From: Nitrospirota bacterium
Lineage (GTDB): Bacteria > Nitrospirota > UBA9217
NCBI GenBank assembly: GCA_963737155.1
Contig: CAVTRN010000002.1
Location: 2,240,001-2,304,000, forward strand
DNA: 64,000 nt
Direction of reading: 5' to 3'
Shown here: in pieces, positions 49,902 to 59,354 of the stretch
Layout of the letters: every line of letters begins with the position of its first letter
Position numbering within the stretch: the first letter of the stretch is position 1
Made by a program: the position numbers and the translations under genes
Notes under the pieces: model-generated
Database searches by the model: none
What the model was told of the DNA's origin: nothing
Seen by the model: the letters and a program-made list of their open reading frames with translations, nothing else

Positions 49902-50877
49902 GGAGACCCAAATCACGAATCATGGCAAGATCTTCAGCAGGGTCAAGACCGGAAGTCGTGAGGTAATTGCCAATCATGAAGCCGTCGGCACCTGCTGTAA
50001 ATATCATGGGGTGGAGCCGTCCGAGCGCAGTACCCCTTCCTGCGCAAATACGTATTTCCTTATCCGGAAGAATAAAGCGGAACAAGGCAATCGATTGCAG
50101 GGCTTCAAGCGGCGTAATCGCGGATGTATTTTCAAGTGGAGTTCCCGCAATGGGCATCAGGAAATTGATCGGCACCGATTCAACATCGAGTTCACGCAGT
50201 GTGAGAGCCATCTCCAAGCGGTCTTTCATGGTTTCTCCCATTCCGAGAATGCCGCCGCTGCATGCAGATAGCCCTAGAGAGCGGACATGGCATAGCACTT
50301 CAAGCCGTTCGTCGAAAGTGTGGGTCGTGCAGATGCGGGAGAAATAATCCCGGGAGGTTTCGATGTTGTGATGATATCGCTCAAGGCCGGCATCCTTCAG
50401 GAAAGACAGCTTTTCTCTGGTAAGCGACCCGAGAGTGGCGCAGGGAGAAAGACCAAGTTCACGAACGATACGCACACCTTGTGCGATTTTTTCGAGATCT
50501 TCTCGGGCGTCGATGCCGCGTCCACTGGTTACGATGCAAAACCGACGGGCCTTGTTCTTTTTCGCGCTTTGTGCGGCTTTAGCTATGTCATCTGTTGAAA
50601 TCAGCGGGTAGATTGGTACCACCGTTGAATGGTGAGCAGACTGAGCACAATAGGCACAATCCTCGCTGCATGCCCCTGACTTGGCGTTCACGATCGAGCA
50701 AATGTCAACGGACGAACCGCGGAAATGTTCCCGAATACGTCCCGCAGCAGCAAAGAGATCCCATAGCTCCGATCCTTTCACAAGGGACAGTGAAATTACA
50801 GACGCCATGTCAATCCTGTTTCCGCTTAGAACGCTCTTCAAAGCCTGTGGAACAACTGACTGCGACTGGACATCCAT
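49894..50877 (-). CDS. bioB: Biotin synthase
   Basis: NAKSGACSEDCAYCAQS, YHHNIET, CSGGI, GNYLTT. Confidence 0.96.
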   Translation of the reverse strand: MDVQSQSVVPQALKSVLSGNRIDMASVISLSLVKGSELWDLFAAAGRIREHFRGSSVDICSIVNAKSGACSEDCAYCAQSAHHSTVVPIYPLISTDDIAKAAQSAKKNKARRFCIVTSGRGIDAREDLEKIAQGVRIVRELGLSPCATLGSLTREKLSFLKDAGLERYHHNIETSRDYFSRICTTHTFDERLEVLCHVRSLGLSACSGGILGMGETMKDRLEMALTLRELDVESVPINFLMPIAGTPLENTSAITPLEALQSIALFRFILPDKEIRICAGRGTALGRLHPMIFTAGADGFMIGNYLTTSGLDPAEDLAMIRDLGLHV

Positions 50878-50905
50878 GGCCCTGTTTTACCTGATGGCGG
50901 AGTGT

Positions 50906-50938
50906 TTGTCAACCACTTTATATATTTTAGGTTAACAA
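50906..50938. promoter_or_regulatory. BirA operator
   Basis: TTGTCAACC-N15-GGTTAACAA directly upstream of bioB. Confidence 0.85.
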
Positions 50939-50990
50939 TTCAGAAGAGATAAAAAAAACGACAGACGATGTCACAGCACGGAATAATATG

Positions 50991-52265
50991 TTATATATCC
51001 CACCCCTTATCGGAGCGTTCGGGATAAATGAATGATGCGTCTTGTTCCTCTCGAATCTCATGCGATGATACGTCCTCAATCATGAAATGGAGCCGGGATA
51101 CTCGATATTGCAGATTCTTTCTCAAGGCTAAGACGTAAACTTTCGCCTTCATTACGCTGTTCGGAGGTATGAAAAAGGGGTTCTTTGCAATATGCAGTTC
51201 CGCGTCCTTAATACCCAATATGCTCAACTGATAAATTGCAGGTTCGAGACTCCGATTTTCAACAATCAGTGAATATACGTTTATCATGCTTTCCTTTTGA
51301 GCGATTTGAGCTATCGGTTGAGGTTCATCGCGGAATACCCAAAATGCCATAGGGATGCGAATATAGACCTGGTACGCAAAAAGCATCGCTATAATTCCAA
51401 AGGCAGCGGCAAGTCCCACCACGCGGGCGCGCGTTCCTTTTTCAGGACCGGATTCCCGAACATACCTAATGAGCGACACTTTATTTCTCGTTTTCATAAT
51501 ACCGCTGCAAGCATCGATACACTCCGCACAATTGATGCATTCAATCTGCAGTCCCTGTCGAATATCAACTCCAGCAGGGCAGGCCCGCACACAGGCCTCG
51601 CAGTCGCTACAGTCTTTGGCAAGGGCCCGTTCGAATGCAATGGTTAGTGTTTTTTTATCAAAGAAAGCACCTTGAAATTGCGCGTAGGGGCAGACCGAAC
51701 CGCAAAAATTATTGCGAACGAATGCGATGTCCAAATAGATAAGAACGGCAAAAAAAGCCCATATTCCCGTGGTCCAGGTACCCAGCCGCCGTGCAAATAT
51801 ATCGGAGGCCATTTCATAAGGGGAGACAAAGTACCAGATCAGGCTTAGCGAAACGATTGTCGAAAAGAGGAAAAGAAGGGATTGTGAGATTGCGGCTCGC
51901 AAGAAACGTCGGCCGCTAAGCCACTCCGAAAGCATCTCTATGCGACTCGAAAACACAGACAATACCGTCTGTGGACACAGCCACCCACACCATAAACGGC
52001 CATAGAGCACGGTAAATAAAATGATTCCAATTAAAAAAAGCAGAAAAATGAGCAGAAGAAAACAGGTTTCGTTGATCCAGATAACGGAGCCAAAAAAGTA
52101 CAGTTTGAGTGACAAAACATCGAGCCTCAGTGCGCTTTCGTTCTGCACGCGCAGAAAAGGTACTCCAATCATAAGTACTGCTTCAATCCAGGCGACAACC
52201 CAACGCCGTGACCGGAATGTATTAAGCATTTTATGTGCCATTGATGGCTGTTGCATGGCGTACAT
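50991..52265 (-). CDS. CcoG/FixG/RdxA-family membrane 4Fe-4S protein
   Basis: GRLWCGWLCPQT, FCGSVCPY, two CxxCxxCxxxC motifs, Ig-like C-terminus. Confidence 0.88.
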   Translation of the reverse strand: MYAMQQPSMAHKMLNTFRSRRWVVAWIEAVLMIGVPFLRVQNESALRLDVLSLKLYFFGSVIWINETCFLLLIFLLFLIGIILFTVLYGRLWCGWLCPQTVLSVFSSRIEMLSEWLSGRRFLRAAISQSLLFLFSTIVSLSLIWYFVSPYEMASDIFARRLGTWTTGIWAFFAVLIYLDIAFVRNNFCGSVCPYAQFQGAFFDKKTLTIAFERALAKDCSDCEACVRACPAGVDIRQGLQIECINCAECIDACSGIMKTRNKVSLIRYVRESGPEKGTRARVVGLAAAFGIIAMLFAYQVYIRIPMAFWVFRDEPQPIAQIAQKESMINVYSLIVENRSLEPAIYQLSILGIKDAELHIAKNPFFIPPNSVMKAKVYVLALRKNLQYRVSRLHFMIEDVSSHEIREEQDASFIYPERSDKGWDI

Positions 52266-53043
52266 GTTTATCCTATTATATTTTATTTTACGTCATTCCG
52301 ACTTAAAAAGCTAACCAACAGCCGAGTCTACCACGTGTTTGCATACATCATGTTTTCTAATAGAAGTCTTAAAGGCTTTTGCTCTTCGACTGGCTACAAG
52401 CAACAGGAACGACTTGGCAAGATTTTCTCCGGATTTTACTCTTCCATTATGTCGATGATTTTAGTTCAGCCTTTCCTAGGGGCAGGTAAAGAAGGATGAT
52501 TGGATTACCGCAGGAGGACCAAATCGGCAAAATGTGCCGTACCGTGTCTCGACGCTTTGTTGGAAGGGTAAGATTTCAGCGAACCGAAGAAAGGATTCAC
52601 CTCGCGAAATATCCCTTTTTTTAGCTCAAGGTGATATAGTGTGGGCAAGTCAATATGGCTGTAAATCTATTTTAAGGGGGGTAGTCTGTTAGCTCCACCT
52701 GTCTTGCTTTTTACTCAAGTCATAGCTCAAAGTTCATAGCCGAAGCACTTTAGCTTCAATGTTTGGACTACATCGCTGGGAGCAATGTTGAATAAAACTC
52801 TAGGAAAGTATCGGGGAAACCTAGTCTTTCGTAGGTTGTCTAGCAATCTATTTTGGCAACATTGGACATGCAAAGCATACATGCAAGGTAAAATACCTCG
52901 ATGGACCAAACATAGCTGATTTTAGCGACATGGCAATCTTACTTTTTCAATGGATCCCAAACATTGACCTTGTTTCGTTTCCCTGTCAAATGATCGTTTA
53001 TAAAATTATAGAATGCATCAAACCATAGTTCCGTGACAAGAGC

Positions 53044-53448
53044 TCAATTTTTTCTCACAAGGTCTTCGAAACTTGTTTTTTTCAATATTTCCACAATTTT
53101 GGCCTGAACAGTCATCCACAACACGTGAGACGGACAATTCTTTGAATAAACGCAATTCTTCTTGTCCGCAGTACAAATATTCAACGCAAGTTTACCTTCA
53201 ATGGCTTCGAGTACGTCAAGTGCAGAAATGTCACGGGATGGTTTTGCCAGAGAGAATCCACCCTTAACACCTCGATAGGATCTAACTATCTTTGCCTTTA
53301 CCAGTTTTTGAAGAATTTTTGCAAGAAAAGTCCGCGGTATCTGATATTCATCAGCTATTTCTGCGATAAAGCTTACTTTTGTATACGGTTGCCGGGCCAA
53401 GTATAGAACGCTTCGGATTCCGTAATCTCCTTCGCGTGTCACATGCAT
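53044..53448 (-). CDS. Rrf2-family transcriptional regulator
   Basis: DYGIR, FLAKILQKL, SYRGVKGGFSL, three Cys. Confidence 0.92.
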   Translation of the reverse strand: MHVTREGDYGIRSVLYLARQPYTKVSFIAEIADEYQIPRTFLAKILQKLVKAKIVRSYRGVKGGFSLAKPSRDISALDVLEAIEGKLALNICTADKKNCVYSKNCPSHVLWMTVQAKIVEILKKTSFEDLVRKN

Positions 53449-53504
53449 AAATTAAATTATATCGGACCTTATTTTATTGTCAAGGAGGACTGTCCATTTA
53501 TTTG

Positions 53505-53889
53505 ATCGCGGCAGGGACGTTCGCTAGCGGACGTCCCCCTCAGGATCCGTACGAGAAGCAATACTCCACACGGTTCTTACCTCGGGTAATTCATGCGAAG
53601 CCTTTGGCACGATAAGGGGATCCATGTCCGTATCACGCATTTCATACGATTTCACGTTAGATTTCTAGCCTTGTGACAGTGTCGCCTTAATGCGAAGAGC
53701 CATTCCTTGATTATCTCCGTGCTTGACGCATCAACTGCCGTTTTGTTTCCGTGCATAGTGAAGTAGTTGAAATGAACCTGTGCTACTGACTTGAACCATT
53801 TACCAAGCGCAGGCATCTGCCCACGTATGCATCGAATAATCTCTTTTCTCGCTTCTTTCAGCTTTGCCGGGAGACGTTTGACAATTGCC
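53505..53889 (-). mobile_element. Group II intron 3' remnant (maturase fragment plus domains V/VI)
   Basis: Manual translation KRLPAKLKEARKEI..LGKWFKSVAQVHFNYF..EWLFALRRHCHKARNLT*NRMK. Followed by DV/DVI-like GAACCGTGTGG..CGTACGGATCCTGAGGGGGACGTCCGCTAGCGAACGTCCCTGCCGCGAT. Confidence 0.85.
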
Positions 53890-54195
53890 TAAAACTCCGG
53901 AAACTTTATCGGATTGGTTTTGTCGAACGCTTCCTGAATCGCCTGGTTGAGGTCCATACGCTATTGCTTCAATACCTGAGCCGGAATTTCAATAGAAGAG
54001 GGAACTCCCTTCCCATTCAGGAACGGGTTGATAAATATCAAATCCAGACTGGCGCCATTCCCCTATGTCTAATCGGTCTTTTTGAAGAGCAAGAATCTTA
54101 TTCCAAACAAACCGGCCGCAGCCCGTGAATTTTCAAAAAGAGCGTCTTAACGTCATCGAGCTAATGCCGAAGTTTGATTTTATAGACCTTGCAAA
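53890..54195 (-). pseudogene. tnpB: tnpB 5' fragment
   Basis: KFTGCGRFVWNKILALQKDRLD..EIPAQVLKQ*RMDLNQAIQEAFDKTNPIKFP, with frameshifts and stops. Confidence 0.75.
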
Positions 54196-54225
54196 TAACC
54201 GTATCTTGTTATATAATTGGTCTAT

Positions 54226-54630
54226 AAAAAATTAAAACAAAACGTAGTAAGGCAGGCATTGTATATTCAATTTTAATTTTCAATTGGTCTTTGACACAAA
54301 GAATCGACAGCAAATATTCCTGATAAAACATTTTGATACACTGAAATCCATGTTTTCAGAAGTTTGCCGGAATTTCGAAGCTGAACTAATTGAATTAGAT
54401 GGTGTGCGCACCATGTTCATCTTATTGTTAGCTACCAGCCCAAAACACCATTCGTAAAAATAGTAAACAGCCTTAAAGGAATCTCTTCTCGATTAATGAA
54501 TAAAAGCATCCTGATCTCATTAATCATTACTTCAAGGGTTTTTTGGTCGCCCAGTTACTTCGCTGCATGCTGTGGTGGCGCCCCACAAGAGATTATTAAG
54601 CTAATCATCGAGCAGCGAAGAACACCCCTC
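54226..54630 (+). pseudogene. tnpA: IS200-type Y1 transposase pseudogene
   Basis: GRHCIF..LVF.TK..VCRNFEAELIELDG / HVHL..VNSLKGISSR / FWSPSYFAACCGGAP, with frameshifts. Confidence 0.85.
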
Positions 54631-54700
54631 TGGCTGTTTCGCAATCAACGCCTTTATATCCCCGGCCCGAAGGCCTAGGTTTTGCGGTGCTAGTTGATAA
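54631..54700 (-). mobile_element. IS605-type left end with hairpin and TTAT target
   Basis: Minus strand TTATCAACTAGCACCGCAAAACCTAGGCCTTCGGGCCGGGGATATAAAGGCG, just past the tnpA 3' end. Confidence 0.7.
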
Positions 54701-54823
54701 ATCCATCGACCCATTGAGGCCGGTTTGTAGGCGTATTGCATCAACAGCGTGTCGTCATATTTTCATTTGTATGGCCGATGATCGTAATTCCCAACAACGC
54801 CGGCTCCAAATTAAACAGAGATC

Positions 54824-55378
54824 ATGAGAGAAAGCCATCCACCACTACCAGTAAAACTTTTCATCGGCATGCTATCGTCGGAACCAAAACTGTTCACAGA
54901 GTGCACTGACATTCTCGGCCTTGAATATGGCCCCGTCGAATCCGAAAGCGATCTTTTCAGCTGGGGCAATACGGATTATTACCGCGAAGAAATGGGAGAG
55001 AACATCTTTCGAAAATTTCTCTTCTTTGAGCGGGTCATGGACCCCGGGAAACTCCCATCAGTGAAGCATTTTACCATCGATCTGGAAAAGCGGTTTGCTT
55101 TTCGTGAAAAGGATTTCCTCCGTCGCAGAATCAACATCGACCCTGGCTATGTCACGGAAGCTAAGGTCGCTCTCGCAACGACAAAAGACTTTGCCCACCG
55201 TCTTTATATCGGCGACAACCTCTACGGAGAAGTCACGCTTCGCTACAGCACAAAAGCACGGAGTTTCATCCCCCATGAATTTACCTACCCCGACTTTCGG
55301 ACAGAAGCCTATTTGACACTGTTTAACGGTGCACGGAATTCTTTGAGGTCGGCGCTGCGTAACAGATCCCGACATTGA
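54824..55378 (+). CDS. DUF4416-family protein
   Basis: TDYYREEMG, RRINIDPGY, LATTKDFAHRLY, TYPDF. Confidence 0.8.
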   Translation: MRESHPPLPVKLFIGMLSSEPKLFTECTDILGLEYGPVESESDLFSWGNTDYYREEMGENIFRKFLFFERVMDPGKLPSVKHFTIDLEKRFAFREKDFLRRRINIDPGYVTEAKVALATTKDFAHRLYIGDNLYGEVTLRYSTKARSFIPHEFTYPDFRTEAYLTLFNGARNSLRSALRNRSRH

Positions 55379-55902
55379 TATACTGCAAGGAACCACTGTG
55401 GCTTCACATCAGGACGAGAGTTTTTCTCAAGTGTTCATCGAAATGTGTTGAAAAGGATTTTTTTGCCTCAATGGTTGATAGAGGGATGAATTCATACACA
55501 CCCAAGCCCTGTCTTGTTAACCGAGCATCTTCCACGAGAAGATCGCCGCATTCATGTGAATCAGAAGATAAAGCCTGAAGTATTTTCCCACCGGTCCTCG
55601 ATCATATGCCGAAGAGAAAAAGGATATTCGTAATATTCTAAGACCGCCATTTCTATGATGAACCAAGACGGCTTGATTCATAAACAGACTTCTAACATTT
55701 TGCAGGACCTCCTCTTACAAGAGTAGAGGAAGTTTAACCACTACAACGATATTGATTATGGCCCAATTATGTCTCTGTAAAAGTCATCAAGACTTCGGCA
55801 AGTCACAATTTCCAGTCCCTCCGTGGTTATTTCAAGGCCGAAACGTATCATCAAGGCAGGATCTCAGCTCCCCATGTTTATCTGCTAATTGATCTCTTGC
55901 TG

Positions 55903-56406
55903 CTACAAACCGCCGCATTCAGTAGGGTCACCTTTGATCTTTTCTATTGCGTGAGAAAGCGCTGGCAGAACCACGGCGAGATTCTCACGCACGGCCCTTG
56001 GACTACCGGGGAGGTTAACAATGAGAGTCTGCTTTCTGATGCCGGCCATGGCGCGAGATATCATGGCATTCGGAGTTTTTTTGCAGCTCTCTGCACGCAT
56101 GGCTTCGGCCATTCCGGGGAGCTCTCGCTCAATGACCTCCCGCATTGCTTCGGGGGTAACGTCCCGCGGGGACACCCCAGTCCCCCCGGTAGTAAGAATA
56201 AGATCTACCTCTCCCGCGTCACAAAGGTGCTCAAGAACTTCGACAATACGTGTTTTCTCGTCCGGCAGAATTTCATAATGGACCACTGACGCGCCGATGG
56301 CGACGATCATTTCACGAATCACACAGCCGCTTTCGTCCATTCGTTCTCCAGTGGAACCTTTGTCGCTGAGCGTAATGATTGCCGTAAGTATCCCGGGAGG
56401 AGTCAT
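55903..56406 (-). CDS. mog: Molybdopterin adenylyltransferase (MogA/MoaB)
   Basis: TLSD, TTGGTGVSPRDVTPEA, NLPGSPRAV. Confidence 0.9.
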   Translation of the reverse strand: MTPPGILTAIITLSDKGSTGERMDESGCVIREMIVAIGASVVHYEILPDEKTRIVEVLEHLCDAGEVDLILTTGGTGVSPRDVTPEAMREVIERELPGMAEAMRAESCKKTPNAMISRAMAGIRKQTLIVNLPGSPRAVRENLAVVLPALSHAIEKIKGDPTECGGL

Positions 56407-56447
56407 GGCACGTCCTTTTCTGAAATGTATGACGGGACTATATCCCT

Positions 56448-57142
56448 TTGGCCTGGTGGAGAATTAATTTCACTGAGCGATACTTTGACAAGGAAATAGC
56501 AAAGACCACCAGGAGCAATTCCCGAAAAGCATCCAGTCTTAATCAAAAACGGTCTCGTCAACGTTCCCACTTGCTTCACGGCTTAACCAAAGCCCTGGTC
56601 AGCGATGAAGAGTCTCACGGCGTCTCCACGGTCATCGTGGGGGACCTCAGAGGCATTAGAGATGGCAAAGACTTGGGAAACAGGGGGAACCAGCAACTCC
56701 ACAAATGTCCGTTTGAACGGACCATCAGAATACTCACTACAAAGCCAGGCTTAAAGGTATTCGCATTGTGAAAATAGATGAGGGCCACACGAGACAAGCC
56801 TGTTATATTTGTCATGCAAAGCGAAAATCCAATCGTGTGCATCGTGGCCTCTACATTTGCAACCAACGCGGCGCCGTAATAAATGCCGACGTAAACGGAG
56901 CAATCAACATTCTGAAAAGGTATCTCCCGGGGCAAATAAATGCTTCCTGGAGTAGCGGCTGCTTGGCAGCGCCCGCGGTTAACTGGTTTGCCTGGAGAAA
57001 TACCAGGCTAGCTGCATCAGCCCATGAGCCGGGGACGTGGCAAACATCTCTGCCGCATCAGCGAACAGGATCTACAGTGGCTCTCAGCAGTTGCAAAGCC
57101 TGATTCGAGAATCCTGGGTCTTCAGACCAGTGAGGATGTCAA
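56448..57142 (+). pseudogene. tnpB: 5'-truncated, frameshifted tnpB with IS right end
   Basis: VIVGDLRGIR..GNQQLH / IDEGHTRQACYIC..NRVHRGLYIC..INADVNGAINIL; ends GAATCCTGGGTCTTCAGACCAGTGAGGATGTCAA. Confidence 0.85.
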
Positions 57143-58524
57143 GCAATAACACCGCCCACAGTGATTTCGGGGATCCGCAGCGAGGGCTGTGCATCACTCA
57201 CCGGTGATCCCTGACCGTCTTTTCCGCAGGTCCCGATTGAGAAACCAAGGTCGGAGGCTACCCTGTCGATCGCTGCCAGCACCTGAGGACCGTTTCCCGT
57301 GAGAGTTGCACCCCGGACCGGCTCCCCAATTTTTCCGTTTTCTATCTGGTATCCTTCACTTACTTCAAACACAAAATCTCCATTAACTGTGTTTACCTGA
57401 CCGCCGCCCATCTTCCTAACAAATAGCCCTTTCGGCGTTTCACGGAGAATCTCATCGGCATCGGCCTCGCCCGGCAGAATCATGGTGTTCGTCATACGCG
57501 TTATCGGGCGGTGCTTGTAGGACTCACGTCTGCCGTTGCCTGTAGAACGTGTCCCATCCTTCATTGCTGTCAATTTATCATGCATAAACGTTTTCAGCAC
57601 GCCTTTCTCAACCAGGATTGTGCGTTCTGCATCGGTCCCCTCGTCATCGAAACGGAAAGACCCTCGTTTGCCCGGGAGTGTGGCATCATCTACAACAGAC
57701 ACGAGCGGCGATGCTATTAGCTCGCCGAGCCGCTTCGAATACACAGATAAGCCCGACTGGGCAAGATCGGCTTCAAGCCCATGTCCTACTGCTTCATGGA
57801 TCATGGTCCCTCCGGCCTCAGAGGACAGGATGACCGGCATCCTCCCTGCAGGTGCCTTTCGTGCTGAGAGCATCATCACCGCCCGACGAGCCGCTTTTTC
57901 CGCTATTGCATCAAGGGCTTCCCGGTCAAACAGCTCCATCCCCGCATTGCCGCCCACTGGCTCATATCCAGTTTGGACAACATCTCCATCAGCAGCAACG
58001 ACATGAACAAGTGCAGTGAGATACAAACGCTCATCATCTGCAATCCTGCTGTCCGAAGAAGCTATCGTTACCTGCTGACGATGTTCACGGTAAGTAACCA
58101 AAGCCTGCCTTATGCGTCCATCAAGCAGACGGGCAATCCGATCCGCATTGAGCACCATCTGAACTTTATGACTCGTATCAACCGTTTCCGGCTTTTTTTC
58201 AATTCTGTAATTCACTTGCGGCTTTATTTTACATAAGTCGATTGTGGAGATATTGGCTCCACCGACTGCCGCATGCCTTACGGCATCTGCTAGTTCAAGA
58301 AGGGAAGTAGTGGTGAGGTCGTTGGTGTATGCATAGGCAGTGCGCTGTCCGAACAATAGCCGGACACCGGCGCCACAGTCGATACCGGACACTACTTTTT
58401 CCATCCGGCTGTCTTCGCAGACAAGGGAAAGCGTTGTGCTTCGTTCTACGAAGATATCAGCGTACTCTCCTCCGTTACTGAGCGCTTTTTTTAAAACTGC
58501 AGCATAGTCAATAGCAACGTTCAT
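57139..58524 (-). CDS. tldD: TldD-family metalloprotease
   Basis: HEAVGHGLEAD, FDDEG, TGNGRRES, RMTNT, GTCGKDGQ. Confidence 0.9.
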   Translation of the reverse strand: MNVAIDYAAVLKKALSNGGEYADIFVERSTTLSLVCEDSRMEKVVSGIDCGAGVRLLFGQRTAYAYTNDLTTTSLLELADAVRHAAVGGANISTIDLCKIKPQVNYRIEKKPETVDTSHKVQMVLNADRIARLLDGRIRQALVTYREHRQQVTIASSDSRIADDERLYLTALVHVVAADGDVVQTGYEPVGGNAGMELFDREALDAIAEKAARRAVMMLSARKAPAGRMPVILSSEAGGTMIHEAVGHGLEADLAQSGLSVYSKRLGELIASPLVSVVDDATLPGKRGSFRFDDEGTDAERTILVEKGVLKTFMHDKLTAMKDGTRSTGNGRRESYKHRPITRMTNTMILPGEADADEILRETPKGLFVRKMGGGQVNTVNGDFVFEVSEGYQIENGKIGEPVRGATLTGNGPQVLAAIDRVASDLGFSIGTCGKDGQGSPVSDAQPSLRIPEITVGGVIA

Positions 58525-58848
58525 TTTTTCTCCCCGTCGAATCAATCCGAACTGATTCGTCTAACCTTGACTTTACAACATCGACTATCCCGCGATTGAA
58601 TTCTGCGGCTGATTACAAATCTTTTGCATCTTATAGTAACAAGGCCTGCAAGTTATTTCAATTTATATTTTTAGTCATGGTATATTGCGCAACGTATCCG
58701 GTTTCAATCGTGTCCTTCAACCCCAAACAAGAATTAAAGCAACAGCCGACCAAATTCGTTCTTCTAGGCAAAGCTGCGGCCTCAACTCAGCAAACAGAAC
58801 TGAATGATTGTCAATTTCTCCGCTTTCCGGCTTCAATCCTTCTGTGCT

Positions 58849-58941
58849 TTGTTGAGTATATCATACTACTGAATTTTTTCTCGCTCAGCGGTAAGATTTT
58901 ATCTAGTTGCTTCACAACCAGCGTCTTATATCCGTGCCCTG
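58849..58941 (-). mobile_element. IS200/IS605 left-end remnant homologous to 35791-35884
   Basis: Shared TTGTTGAGTATATCAT...CAGCGGTA...GTTGCTTC.CAACCAGCG. Confidence 0.6.
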
Positions 58942-59354
58942 CTGAGACGGGGGGAAATTCAATAATATTTTTTAACGGTTCCTTGTAGTATCGGGACGAG
59001 AATCCCTGCTATCAGAGGCAAATGGGTCACCTCATTAATTGATTGGTTTTACAGGAAAAATTGGCGCTCTTGCCTTGGTTGGCCCCGGAACGCATAATTG
59101 CAGGAATATCATATAATCGAGAACCGAACAAGAGGTCTCCTCTACACCACCAATATTTTTGTAGCGAAGCCGCCTTCACATATAAGGCAATTGGTGATGG
59201 GACAATCATGCCTAATGGATTTATCTCTACTGAAAAAGCCTCACATAAAGCTCGTTCTAGCTGAACCAACGCTGCGCGCTCAATTTTCCTCCAGAGAACA
59301 TCGGGTTTCCTTTTCCTCCTTGACTTCCATCCTAGGTTGGCTGTAAATTATACT

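Noticed and set aside
52270-53040. Long intergenic regions (also 55380-55900 and 58950-59330) as ncRNA or pseudogenes
   Set aside because: No recognisable motif or convincing structure seen by eye; left unannotated.
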